NCBI GenBank assembly: GCA_002293825.1 | Contig: DBDW01000011.1 | Span: forward strand, 9,436 to 73,435 | From: Candidatus Magasanikbacteria bacterium UBA922 | GTDB lineage: Bacteria; Patescibacteriota; Patescibacteriia; Magasanikbacterales; UBA922 | Reading direction: 5' to 3' | DNA length: 64,000 bases | Shown: positions 18,195-29,000 of the stretch, piece by piece | Numbering within the stretch: position 1 is the first letter of the stretch | Layout: each line of letters opens with the position of its first letter | Translations under genes and position numbers: made by a program | Notes under the pieces: model-generated | Database searches by the model: none | What the model was told of the DNA's origin: nothing | The model's input: only the letters and a program-made list of their open reading frames with translations

Positions 18195-19454
18195 CTAGGG
18201 TACTAAATTTTTAAATATCATTTTTATTTTATCAGCCACCTTTCCACCAATATGAGCCGTAGGAGCGTGTCTTCCAGGAGAATATGTAAACGCACTCCCC
18301 CATTTCACCAGCCCAATCGCAGGAACAAATGCAATATCGTTTACTTTATCAGTAATACTCTCAATTCCAAGTGGATACCCAATTTGTGAAGGAAGCGCCA
18401 ACACCTCTTTAGCGCAGTCGGTAAGTCCTTGAATTTTTGAGCCACCCCCCACAAACAATGCCCCAGCTGGAAGCATCTGACTTCGACCAATTAAAGAAAG
18501 TTCATCATCAACTTTTTCAAGTATTTCAGAAACACGAGCCTCAATAATCTGTGCGATATAATAACGAGAAACAATTTCAGACTGATCAGCACCTGATTCA
18601 AATAAATCAATAGTATCTTTTTTATTTAATTTTTTACTCACACACTCACCATGCTGACATTTTACCTTCTCTGCAATATCAATCGACGTACGAAGACCTA
18701 GTGCCAAATCATTGGTAATATGGGAAGACCCAATCGGAATAACCGCACTATGAATCACATCCCCATCTTCATACACCACCATACTTGTGGTCGGTCCACC
18801 AATATTGATCACCACGCAACCCAATTCTTTTTGACGAGACGTCGCGACCACATCTCCTGATGCGAGAATAGATAATACAAAATCATCAATATCTACTCCT
18901 GCTCGATATACCACCTTACTCAAATTCTTCACATGTGAAGAAACACTGTGAATAATTTTAGTATCCACTTCGAGTCGCATACCAGTCATACCGATCGGGT
19001 CTTTGATACCTGACTGAGTGTCTACTGAATATGTCCGAGGAAGTACATGGAGAATCTCATAATTCAAAGGTGTCGCAATATTTTTTGCAGCTTCAACTGC
19101 CCGCTCAATATCATCTTCAGTAATCTCACTATTTGCTCGAGATACTGCAATCACACCCTTACTTTCTTGTGAAATTATTTGGGTACCCGAGACACCTACC
19201 CACACATGCTCAATCGGAAGTCCCACAATTTTTTCAGCATGCTCAAGAGCACCAGATACCGATGACACCGCATCTTCAATGCTTGCTATTTGTCCTTTTT
19301 GAATTCCTTCTGAAACCACCTCTGCTGCACCAATTAATTGCAATTCAGAACTCATTTCTCTAGAAGAAGTCAATTGCCCTACCACAACACGAACAGCAGT
19401 AGATCCGATATCAAGTCCTACAATAAGTTCAGTATGTACTTTAGTTCGTGCCAT
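18195..19454 (-). CDS. ftsA: cell division protein FtsA
   Basis: Actin-like ATPase (GLDIGSTAVRVVVGQ) immediately upstream of ftsZ. Confidence 0.9.
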   Translation of the reverse strand: MARTKVHTELIVGLDIGSTAVRVVVGQLTSSREMSSELQLIGAAEVVSEGIQKGQIASIEDAVSSVSGALEHAEKIVGLPIEHVWVGVSGTQIISQESKGVIAVSRANSEITEDDIERAVEAAKNIATPLNYEILHVLPRTYSVDTQSGIKDPIGMTGMRLEVDTKIIHSVSSHVKNLSKVVYRAGVDIDDFVLSILASGDVVATSRQKELGCVVINIGGPTTSMVVYEDGDVIHSAVIPIGSSHITNDLALGLRTSIDIAEKVKCQHGECVSKKLNKKDTIDLFESGADQSEIVSRYYIAQIIEARVSEILEKVDDELSLIGRSQMLPAGALFVGGGSKIQGLTDCAKEVLALPSQIGYPLGIESITDKVNDIAFVPAIGLVKWGSAFTYSPGRHAPTAHIGGKVADKIKMIFKNLVP

Positions 19455-19493
19455 AGATACTTCTAAAAGTAATGTTACAATAGTATATCATTT

Positions 19494-19850
19494 TTATGAT
19501 AAGAGCTCAACAATATACGGAAAAAAGATAATACATCCGACAATAATCGATCCTAATGCTGCAATAAAAACCGCTCCAGCCATAATATCTTTCACTAACT
19601 CCACCTGATAATTTAATCGAGGTTTAAGTAAATCAAGAAACATTTCAATCGTAGTGTTCATAAGTTCAAGCACCAGCACAAACGCAACCATCATCGCCAA
19701 AATAATTTTTTCATACGTGCGCATATCAAGAACAAAAGAACTCACAATAACCAACAGACCCACAAAACATTGAATACGAAAATTGCGCTCATGACGAAAC
19801 GCATACGCAATTCCTTTAGAAGCAAATCCCACGCTTTTATCAAATCGCAT
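19494..19850 (-). CDS. dgkA: diacylglycerol kinase / undecaprenol kinase family (DgkA)
   Basis: 118 aa and 3 TM helices. The pattern SFxYAxxGI...ERNFRIQ matches prokaryotic DAGK. It sits next to ybeY as in the Firmicutes phoH-ybeY-dgkA locus. Confidence 0.65.
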   Translation of the reverse strand: MRFDKSVGFASKGIAYAFRHERNFRIQCFVGLLVIVSSFVLDMRTYEKIILAMMVAFVLVLELMNTTIEMFLDLLKPRLNYQVELVKDIMAGAVFIAALGSIIVGCIIFFPYIVELLS

Positions 19851-19853
19851 AAC

Positions 19854-20294
19854 TCAATTCAATTGAATAAGTAATTTTTCTTGAAGTTCAAACATGCGCG
19901 TAGCGTCACTAGACGTCTCATGATCGTACCCAAGAAGATGCAAGATACCATGAACAAGCATTCGAATAAACTCTTCTTTTGTTGAAACTGAAAATCTACG
20001 TGCCTGCCGAATAATTTGTGGAACACAAATAAAGATATCACCTAATTCATTTCCCTGCGCCCGCGAAGATTCACCTTCATACAAACCAAAAGAAAGCACG
20101 TCTGTCGTACGATCTTTTCCTCGATACTGAAAATTCATCCGTCTCATCCGTCGATCTCCAATACAATGCACACTAAGCGACCCGCTAATCTTCAATACAC
20201 GAAGAGTCGAACACGCAATCTGTTCAATACGGACCAAAGAAAGTGGTACTTTTTTTACCGTTCGAAACACAAGACATTCAGACCGATGATTCAT
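19854..20294 (-). CDS. ybeY: rRNA maturation endoribonuclease YbeY
   Basis: HGILHLLGYDHE metal-binding motif. Confidence 0.85.
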   Translation of the reverse strand: MNHRSECLVFRTVKKVPLSLVRIEQIACSTLRVLKISGSLSVHCIGDRRMRRMNFQYRGKDRTTDVLSFGLYEGESSRAQGNELGDIFICVPQIIRQARRFSVSTKEEFIRMLVHGILHLLGYDHETSSDATRMFELQEKLLIQLN

Positions 20295-20305
20295 AAAAAA
20301 AATAA

Positions 20306-21481
20306 TTATGGAGAAGTGGTCACCATGCTTGACGAAACCATCGTATCGACCACAGTCTCACCCACACTCTCAATAACAGACTGTTCTGGTAGCTGAGCGC
20401 TCGTACCAGAAGGCCTGAAACTCTGATACATCATTTCAAAAGTAGTACGAAATGGAATTGGCGCACGAGAGTCAGGTTGTTGATACAACAATACAAACAC
20501 ATACGCATCTGTAGAAAAATAAGCGACCAGATTATCACTCCGACGAAAACCTTGTATACCAAAACGATTCGTAAAAGATGAAAGTGAGGAAAACTGCTCA
20601 GTCGAAGCATTCACTTGAAACCACTCAGCAAACGATACTGTCTGATTTTTAGAAAACACTCGCACTTCCACGTACTCACCAGTGAGAGTACTAAATAATA
20701 CATGACGAGCTTCTGAATCCACCACACCCTCACGCCATTGAATCGGATAATAGATACGATATCCAGCAAAAGAATTAGTATATTCACGAACCAATCCAGA
20801 ATCCACAATTCGTACTGGTGCAAAACCACGCGGATTGTATAAATTCACAATTTCAAGACCATCGTAATACCCATCCTCATCAGTATCCCACCCACCACTA
20901 TCTGTACTATACAAAACCTCTTCAATATCAGTCACCTGATCCAAATCTACATCAGCTGTAGTTCCCAAATTAACAGGCGGGAATTCAAGAAAATTTGATG
21001 TAAGAGAAATGGTGGTAGAAACAGTGTCGATCATGGTGGAGGTTGTAACAAGATCTATTGAATTTGAGGTAGAGGATGGTAATACCACACCAGATGGTAC
21101 AGTTGTAGAAGATAACGCCGTAGATGAAGTAGAAATCGGTACCACACTGACAGTATTTTTTGCAGACAAATACTGAATCACAAAATATGCAGAAGCGCCC
21201 CCAACAACAAGAATCCCCACACTCACGACTAATACAATTAACTTTGAAATAGGTACCTGTTTTGAAGGTTCAGAAAATTGAGTAGCGCGAGGAGGTGTAG
21301 GGGTACCAGCAGACTTCACAACAAAATCTTTGGAAGGTGCAAGAGTATCATAAATAACAGGATTATTTCCGCCATAAAAAAGATCGGGAATCTTCTGAAT
21401 ATCAAGTGACTCATGTTCATTCACACTTTCAGAAGAAGTCGCTGATTTTGACTTAAATAATCCCATACGTAGCATCTTCAA
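20306..21481 (-). CDS. hypothetical single-pass membrane protein with Ser/Thr-rich stalk and a thrombospondin-type-3-like Ca-binding motif
   Basis: N-in TM (LIVLVVSVGILVVGG), S/T-rich region and a DTDEDGYYDGLE motif. Confidence 0.5.
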   Translation of the reverse strand: MKMLRMGLFKSKSATSSESVNEHESLDIQKIPDLFYGGNNPVIYDTLAPSKDFVVKSAGTPTPPRATQFSEPSKQVPISKLIVLVVSVGILVVGGASAYFVIQYLSAKNTVSVVPISTSSTALSSTTVPSGVVLPSSTSNSIDLVTTSTMIDTVSTTISLTSNFLEFPPVNLGTTADVDLDQVTDIEEVLYSTDSGGWDTDEDGYYDGLEIVNLYNPRGFAPVRIVDSGLVREYTNSFAGYRIYYPIQWREGVVDSEARHVLFSTLTGEYVEVRVFSKNQTVSFAEWFQVNASTEQFSSLSSFTNRFGIQGFRRSDNLVAYFSTDAYVFVLLYQQPDSRAPIPFRTTFEMMYQSFRPSGTSAQLPEQSVIESVGETVVDTMVSSSMVTTSP

Positions 21482-22339
21482 TTACAACGTCGTTGTCGAA
21501 CTTTCTGTTGTAGTAGGTGGCTCAAAAAGTTTTCCCGTACCAAGCGGACTATACCCATTACGAATCTCTTCAGAATCGGTATATCCATCAGTATCAGTAT
21601 CCGAGTTAAGTGGATTTGTTTTCCAAATCAACACCTCATCACCATCAGATAATCCATCACCATCAGTATCCCAATTCAACGTATCAGTTCCATACTGAGA
21701 CTCATCAACATCAATAATTCCATCACTATCAGTATCAGTAGGTTCTCCAAAGAGAATACTATTTTCAGAATTACTCGAAGTAGTCTGCTCTACTGCGGTC
21801 GGAACATTAGAAAGTGGTTCAGTCGTAATCGACGGAGTATCAACAGTGGTATTATTAGTAGTATTTCCGTTCGAAAAACCACTTTCTCCCACCGTATTTT
21901 TAATATATCGTGTATAAATAGAAAAACTACCAAAACCAAGAAGGGCAATAATTAAAATAATTCCAATAAGAACTAAAATCTTACGCGCACTAAAAGGTGT
22001 CTCTTCTGTGGCCTGCTCCATGATATGTTGGTCAGCGTTTTGTTGCTGCTGTAAAAACGGTGCAGATGGTGTCTGAATAGAATACGTAGAATTACTAGAA
22101 GATGCTACTGGAGCAGAATTCGTCTCAGTACTAGCTTGATACGTCACTGGTGCTTTTGGGCGTAAAACTCCTGCATCAAGTGCAGTATTTGGAATCGAAT
22201 TAATCGGCTCTTCGACTGGCTCGTTGTTTTGAGAAATCTGAGATACAGGTTCTGCCTGTTCAAAAATATCCTCAGGCTCTCCAAGGGGAAGATTATTAGG
22301 GGTATTTCCTGTTTTAGGTGGCTGTATATCATCAAACAT
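21482..22339 (-). CDS. hypothetical membrane-anchored protein with tandem TSP3-like (DxDxDGxxDxxE) repeats
   Basis: DTDSDGIIDVDE...DTDGDGLSDGDE...DTDTDGYTDSEE repeats and a single TM. Confidence 0.5.
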   Translation of the reverse strand: MFDDIQPPKTGNTPNNLPLGEPEDIFEQAEPVSQISQNNEPVEEPINSIPNTALDAGVLRPKAPVTYQASTETNSAPVASSSNSTYSIQTPSAPFLQQQQNADQHIMEQATEETPFSARKILVLIGIILIIALLGFGSFSIYTRYIKNTVGESGFSNGNTTNNTTVDTPSITTEPLSNVPTAVEQTTSSNSENSILFGEPTDTDSDGIIDVDESQYGTDTLNWDTDGDGLSDGDEVLIWKTNPLNSDTDTDGYTDSEEIRNGYSPLGTGKLFEPPTTTESSTTTL

Positions 22340-22370
22340 AAAGCAAAAAGTGAGTATTAAAAAATGAAAA

Positions 22371-22727
22371 TTATTTAATCAAAGGATCATATCCTTGAAT
22401 TATCTCTAGACCATCTGGGAATCCATCACCATCAGTGTCAGGATTAGCAGGGTCAGTCTTATAAACCTCAATCTCCAACTTATCAGAAATACCATCGCCA
22501 TCAGTGTCAGATTCCACAGTACTTGTACCATGCACATCTTCATCACTATCAGAAATACCATCGCCATCTCGATCAGAATACCACCAATCAGGAATCTCAA
22601 GCTGTTCCTCGACACCCAAACCCTTATCAGCGCTCTTTGATTGTGTCGTGTACCACCATACCCCCACACCTAAAAATCCAACACCTACGACTAAAGAAAT
22701 TAAAGATATAAAAACTTTTTTTGACAT
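22371..22727 (-). CDS. hypothetical secreted/anchored protein with TSP3-like repeats (paralog of 21482..22339)
   Basis: Signal-anchor plus DRDGDGISDSDE, DTDGDGISDKLE and DTDGDGFPDGLE. Confidence 0.5.
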   Translation of the reverse strand: MSKKVFISLISLVVGVGFLGVGVWWYTTQSKSADKGLGVEEQLEIPDWWYSDRDGDGISDSDEDVHGTSTVESDTDGDGISDKLEIEVYKTDPANPDTDGDGFPDGLEIIQGYDPLIK

Positions 22728-22758
22728 AAAATATATCTAAACGTAGTATATCACACTA

Positions 22759-25700
22759 TCACTGACCCGACAGTGTACATGGCGTGGTATTTGGCATACC
22801 AGCACGAACCTCACATTCACTCGTTACAATCTTACCATGCGGAGCTCCAACAATTGGCACTACTTCATATCCAATTCCAAGGGCAGCACCACTAGAGGCT
22901 GTCCGTACATTTAAATTAAACGCATGCCAATACCGCGCAAGAGGATTTGCACTTGGTATTGCATTTTTAAACACAAACGAATGAGTTGGTTTATAAATTG
23001 AATGTTCAGGAACTTGTCCAAGACGATACTCATACACATCAACCCAAAGCTCATAGTCTTTTAATTGATTAAGTGGACCATTTGGAGACGACACATAAAA
23101 TCCAATCGTATTAAGCGACATCACCTGAGAAGTGCGAAATGTAAACGCCTGAAGACCTTGTGTGGTCGAGGTGGGATTAAGAATTTTATGAATCCAAACA
23201 TTTCCAACTTGCACACAATTACTCGGCACATAATAACCCTGTGAATCTTTCACGGCTTCACCACACCAAGTATTACCTCCTGAAGTAGAAGTGGAAATAT
23301 AGTTAATTGTATTATACGGTCTACCATTATCCTGATACACATTGCCTGTAAATAACACGGTACCGTTCTGCTTCCAGCGCACCACCACACGAATCTGATT
23401 TTCTGGAACTGCAGGAGACATGACTACTTCATTTGTCACCATTCCTGCCTCGCCTCGAACTGAATACTCGAACAAGTCTCCAAGACCTCGCTCTACTACC
23501 TGTACCGGGGTTGTGTTCGATATACTTCCTGAAACCGCCTGACTAATATGATTTTTATTAAATAAAAGAGCATACTCACCATCGCACAAAGAGTTAGTCT
23601 CAAGACCGCGATCAGTAATTGGTTGAAAATTTGAATTAATAAGCAATGTGTAAGGTTCAAACGGATCAATATATGTGTTATCAGAAGCTGTCCGATAATT
23701 GATCTTTCGATACCCAAGCCAATCAAGCGTAAAAGAAGAGTTTGTGTTTTTCTTTCGATATAAATCCACATACCCGACCGTCGGAGTAAATGGCGACTTA
23801 CCCTCTTGAGTCATGGGATTTAATATTGAAATACGTGGAGTGGGTAATGCTAGACCAAGTCCACATGTCGCACACTGCATGCTCAAATTCTGACAAGAAT
23901 TCAAACACGCAACAGTGCCTTTGTCACTACAACGTATAGGTTCTGTGGAAGTGGGCCCATACACAGCAGTTCCCACATAATCACATCTCTCAGTTAATGA
24001 AGAGTTCATTGAATCAATTCTCCCATTACCACAATACGCCACCGCTTCAACAGTCACCGTTTTACACGTATTACTGCAATACGTACAAGAGGTATTATAT
24101 CCTGGAACACACGCACTTCCATTCTGACTTCCCAGATCACACTCTTCCCCAGGATCCAGACGTGACAAACCACTCGCAGGATCATTACTTTGAGGACCAT
24201 TTCCACACAACGCCCCCACAGATTCACGTCGACACTGAGATGAGCACCCATCGCCATTTGACACATTTCCATCATCACACTCTTCCCCACCTTCTATAAT
24301 CCTGTTTCCACAGACCATATTAGTCGCAGTGTTCACAGGAAGTTTACAATACGCGGTACATCCAGACCCGCCACCATTCTGACTTCCCAGATCGCACTCT
24401 TCTCCGTATTGAACCTGTACAATACGATCTCCACAATACGCTCCATAATCCTGACAATTCCATGAACACGAGTTTTGCTTATACTGACTATACTCAAAAC
24501 AACCAAGTATCCCATCAAATGCAGTTACAAATTCATGTGCTCGATCTGCTCTAAAAAACAAATCACCTGTAGTAGACAATGGATTAGAAGTGCCTCCCGC
24601 AGACGCAAATAAATTCAACGTTGACGTGGGAACACCACTAAAACCAATCACGTATGTAGTAATACTATTTTCATTAAGTAATCTAATCACTTCAGCAACC
24701 TGTTCGTCATTCGCGTCGGTAGGCGTACCATCAGTGATAAAAACTAGTTTTTTAGGCACCGCATCATTGGTACCAAAAATAGCATTTCTTTGATCAAGTA
24801 CTGTTTGAAGTGCACAACGTGAAGGTGTTTTTCCATTAGGACTCACACTATCAAGAATGAATCTTGAGTTAGCATCAGTAACAGTACCCAGACCCTGATA
24901 ACACACATCAGTAGAGCTCGAAAAAACACTCAATGAAAAATCAACCTGTGAAAGTAAGTCACTAAAGATGGTGGTCAATCCTGTCTTTGCACTTGCCCAT
25001 CTATTACCCGCACTCATAGAGCTCGAGCGATCGAGCAAAATATGGACCCGAGACTTAATTATCTGTCCATTATCATTTAAGTGTAAACACGCACCCTCAA
25101 CCTCTTCACAAAATTCAAGAGGAGAACCATTGCTATTTCGATCAAGCTCACCATTCCCACAAAACTGTCCAGTAGGAGGATTTCTCCCAATTCGAGGACT
25201 GTCACTCGTACACTGGGTAGTACATCTACTTCCATATTGTCCATTACGCGTGCCTGCATCACACTCTTCCCCATCCTCAACAATGCCATTACCACACATC
25301 TGTGGTGCACCGACACAAGCATTGACATATGAATACTGACACGACGCATTACACGTCACGGTAGCATAAGATCCTACCGGACACACCTGTCCATCAGGTC
25401 CAATTGAAACCACTCTATTTCTCCCTGGAGGATCACATTCCTCCCCCACATTCACAGTACCGTCCCCACACCTACCTCCAATAGGGGTAATGACAGTTTC
25501 AGGAACACAAAATCGATTAAAACTCAGATTATTTAGTCGAGCGTATTGTGAAACAAACGCACCATCAGTGGGTCGTATAAACTCAAATGGAACATGGTAT
25601 TGATATGATTGAGTCGAGGTTACGTATGAATACTCATACATCTGCGCAAATACCGGACATTTGAATGTCGTCGAAGCTACACTCCAACATGTCGCATCAT

Positions 25701-26022
25701 CATACCCTTCACATCCAGCCCAGCGATTCACCGGATCAATTGGCGCTCCACCGATCACACTTCCCAATTTACCCCACGAGGGCCATTTTGAATTAGTATA
25801 TCCAGGAATATAGCTTCCACTTGAAAAGTTCAGATCTGGATTAATATTCTGCGCAGTAACTCGCACTGTCGCGAGACCAAAAAAAATAACAAAAACTATA
25901 CAGAAAAAATAAAACCCAAAACGATAATTCATACAAAACAATAATCGAGCTATATAACTAGTATAACACATTTCAATTGAACTGTTGATCTGTCCGATCT
26001 TGAGCAGATTGCAATTGCTCAA
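22759..26022 (-). CDS. large secreted protein with vWA domain and Cys-rich CGNGxxExGEECD repeats
   Basis: 1087 aa. MIDAS-type motif (LLDRSSSMS...ITDGTPTD). Repeats CGDGTVNVGEECD, CGNGIVEDGEECD, CGNRIIEGGEECD and CGNGRID. The 5' end overlaps the upstream gene, so the true start is probably a later Met. Confidence 0.6.
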   Translation of the reverse strand: MSNCNLLKIGQINSSIEMCYTSYIARLLFCMNYRFGFYFFCIVFVIFFGLATVRVTAQNINPDLNFSSGSYIPGYTNSKWPSWGKLGSVIGGAPIDPVNRWAGCEGYDDATCWSVASTTFKCPVFAQMYEYSYVTSTQSYQYHVPFEFIRPTDGAFVSQYARLNNLSFNRFCVPETVITPIGGRCGDGTVNVGEECDPPGRNRVVSIGPDGQVCPVGSYATVTCNASCQYSYVNACVGAPQMCGNGIVEDGEECDAGTRNGQYGSRCTTQCTSDSPRIGRNPPTGQFCGNGELDRNSNGSPLEFCEEVEGACLHLNDNGQIIKSRVHILLDRSSSMSAGNRWASAKTGLTTIFSDLLSQVDFSLSVFSSSTDVCYQGLGTVTDANSRFILDSVSPNGKTPSRCALQTVLDQRNAIFGTNDAVPKKLVFITDGTPTDANDEQVAEVIRLLNENSITTYVIGFSGVPTSTLNLFASAGGTSNPLSTTGDLFFRADRAHEFVTAFDGILGCFEYSQYKQNSCSWNCQDYGAYCGDRIVQVQYGEECDLGSQNGGGSGCTAYCKLPVNTATNMVCGNRIIEGGEECDDGNVSNGDGCSSQCRRESVGALCGNGPQSNDPASGLSRLDPGEECDLGSQNGSACVPGYNTSCTYCSNTCKTVTVEAVAYCGNGRIDSMNSSLTERCDYVGTAVYGPTSTEPIRCSDKGTVACLNSCQNLSMQCATCGLGLALPTPRISILNPMTQEGKSPFTPTVGYVDLYRKKNTNSSFTLDWLGYRKINYRTASDNTYIDPFEPYTLLINSNFQPITDRGLETNSLCDGEYALLFNKNHISQAVSGSISNTTPVQVVERGLGDLFEYSVRGEAGMVTNEVVMSPAVPENQIRVVVRWKQNGTVLFTGNVYQDNGRPYNTINYISTSTSGGNTWCGEAVKDSQGYYVPSNCVQVGNVWIHKILNPTSTTQGLQAFTFRTSQVMSLNTIGFYVSSPNGPLNQLKDYELWVDVYEYRLGQVPEHSIYKPTHSFVFKNAIPSANPLARYWHAFNLNVRTASSGAALGIGYEVVPIVGAPHGKIVTSECEVRAGMPNTTPCTLSGQ

Positions 26023-29000
26023 GCCGCTGTATATCTCTCATAAACTTAGTTGCAGCATTAGAACAAATACCATTCGTTCCTGTTTTTGGGAACCCATCAT
26101 TATTTCTACAATCGAAGTCCGTGACACATGCCAGATTGGTAATTGCCTCAGGAGTGTCGCGAACCGTATATTGATTACCCTCCTGCAAACAACGACCAAA
26201 ATTAGTAAGATTGGTATTAAACACAAGAGAGCCGAGGAGCTGTTCAAAAACCGCACGAGTATCACCACCAGCATTCGCATCAATAGTGAATAAATAAATA
26301 TTATTGTAGATAGAATCGTCTTCAATATTATATGCATTAACATACACACTCGTCTGACTAATCAATGCCGGGTAACCACCTACCGTGGTCTTTGTCATAC
26401 CTACGGTACTTCCAAATCGATCCGTATACCATTCTTCAATAGTTTTGCGTGATCCATCACGCGCGACAGGATTTGCAAAAATCTGAATACCTACCACATC
26501 ATTAGTGGTCTGAGAGAAAAATAAATATCGTCGAAGTGCATCAGGCATATCCATGTCAGAGATTGCACCTAATTCAGCAGGGTCTGTAACCACCTCAATT
26601 GAATTAAAGAATGGTAAATCATCAGTAACGGTAAGTGGATTTCCCTTATCCGCACAATAGGAAAAAGAAAAATTATATTTCGTATCTCTAAAGAGAGTAT
26701 CAACAAACGCCACATCTTCAGAGAGCGTTACATTTCCTGCAGGCCATGGTCGTTGACAAAATAGTGCATCGAGACTAATTATTGATGAATGTGTACGACC
26801 TTGTTGATTATTCTCCGTAGAGGTATCTACGGTAACACGCGCAGTAACCACACCATCAGTATGCCCCTTGAACCCTTTTGACGTGATACGATTATACGCA
26901 GTACTTGTAGCTGGTATATCAAATAATTGATCGTTATTTGGACCCCATGCCCATTCCCACTGATATGTACCAGTTACCGAGACAATTTTCTGTTCTGCAA
27001 AATTGGAAATTGCATACGCAATAAAGTCTTTTGAACTATTAGGTATCGTATACAAACTTTCTTCTGGGTCTACGGTTATGTGAGAAATCTTACAAACCTG
27101 CTCACTCGTTTTGAACATCCACTGATCAGATAAACTCGATGTAAACGGAGATTTTATACTTACCCCCAACGAGTTTCTAATTCCTTCAGTACCACCATTC
27201 AAAAGAACAGAGACATACCGATCACCATCCAATAGTTTTGTAGGATACACAGACACACGAGTAGAACCATCATCTGAATATGAAGCTTTCAATTCAAAAG
27301 GAATATTGGCAGTACACCACACCAAATCAGCAGGAACCTCTTGATTCGGCTCTGACGCAAAAACCGTAACTCGAATTAATCGGGCAAAAAAATTCTTTAT
27401 ATGACTCCACGCACGTACCCAAATACTCTCAGATACCTCTGTGGTCCTATCAAGTAATTCGTTCATAGCAAGTGTCACATTCGTACCACCATGAGAAGAA
27501 CATTCATAGCCCTGCGGATAACCCTGCACCAATTCAATATTATCTTGTGCATATTCAATTGGAATATTTTGATTAAACTCAACTTCAACGTATGTATTTC
27601 GACACACAGGAGCAGTACCAGGCGCAATTCCAGCATTTGCAGCAGGATATTCAGACACACGAATCGGACGCTCTACACAACATGAATTCCGTCCGACACC
27701 AAGCACATTACCCGGATTAGAAGGGCAATCATTGTATATACCACCACGATTCTCGGTATACTCTGTGTATCCACATCTGAGATAATAATCAGCATTTCCA
27801 GAAACAGGAGTAATATCAGTCGCAGCAAGACCAGATTCCAAAAATCTCGAAGTCTGAGCCACAACTTCTGTTTGCAGAAGTCCCACAACCTCTGTACCCG
27901 TATCACTCACCCCACCAACCGACGTAACCACTTGCACAGGATTATCTCCCAATGTTATACGTCTATCATCAGGTTCAGATTCACACGAAAGTACCTCATC
28001 ATCAAAATTACGATATTCGCCAATTCCAGTAATTCCATCTGCACACACGGATGGATTGATATATGTAATTGACGATCCTGCAAAAGTACAATCAGAAAGA
28101 CAGCCTGGCGCACCAGCTTGACACTGGGCAGCTGCTGTATCACATGCGTTTTGCACCAAACATCGATCAGAACATGTGTCTTTTCCATCGACATCCTGCT
28201 CACACTCTTCACCTTGTTCAATAATTCCATTACCACACACACTCAAAGCAGTACCACATACCTGCTGGACTTGTATTCGATTTACATTCTGATATCGTGG
28301 ATCATTAGGATTTCTGAGATATCCATCACACCACTGCTGTGAAAGCTGTGTGCCCCTATTAAGACACTGTACTGAACAATAGTTCGTACCATTAGAGTTA
28401 TCGATTTCACAGTCTTCTCCATACCCTACCTGACCACTCATACATACAGGAATAATGGTATTTTCGGTCAACTCTTGAGAAGATCCAGTATACAGACACG
28501 TGTTGGAACAAAAACCACTCAAGCCTTCAGGGGCACTTGCAGGATCGCATTCTTCACCCACACTCACATCAACCACACCATTACCACACTGCAAAAGTCC
28601 TGTACCAGTATTTGGCACACGCATACCATCGGCACCCATACTGGTATTACCAGGTCTAAGACAACTAAAGTTACAACTACTACCAGGAATTTCTCCTGCA
28701 CGTGCAATATCACAATCTTCACCGAGTTCCACAATACCATTTCCACAAATTGGGTATGGTGCAATAGCGCGCGCAATGTCACTTCCTGCTGGAGTACATC
28801 CAATGGTACAGGTATTTTTTGGACTTCCAGAAAAACTAAATTCACTCACTTTTGCAACACTTTGATTTGCTACCGACCAATCCCAACCAAACTGCCACGG
28901 ATTGAGAAGTTGTCCTTGTGGACTACACGAATCAGGAGAACCAATCGGTTGTGCTCGATATATTTTTGCTTGACCAATAAAAGTCGCAGTAAACGGATCA

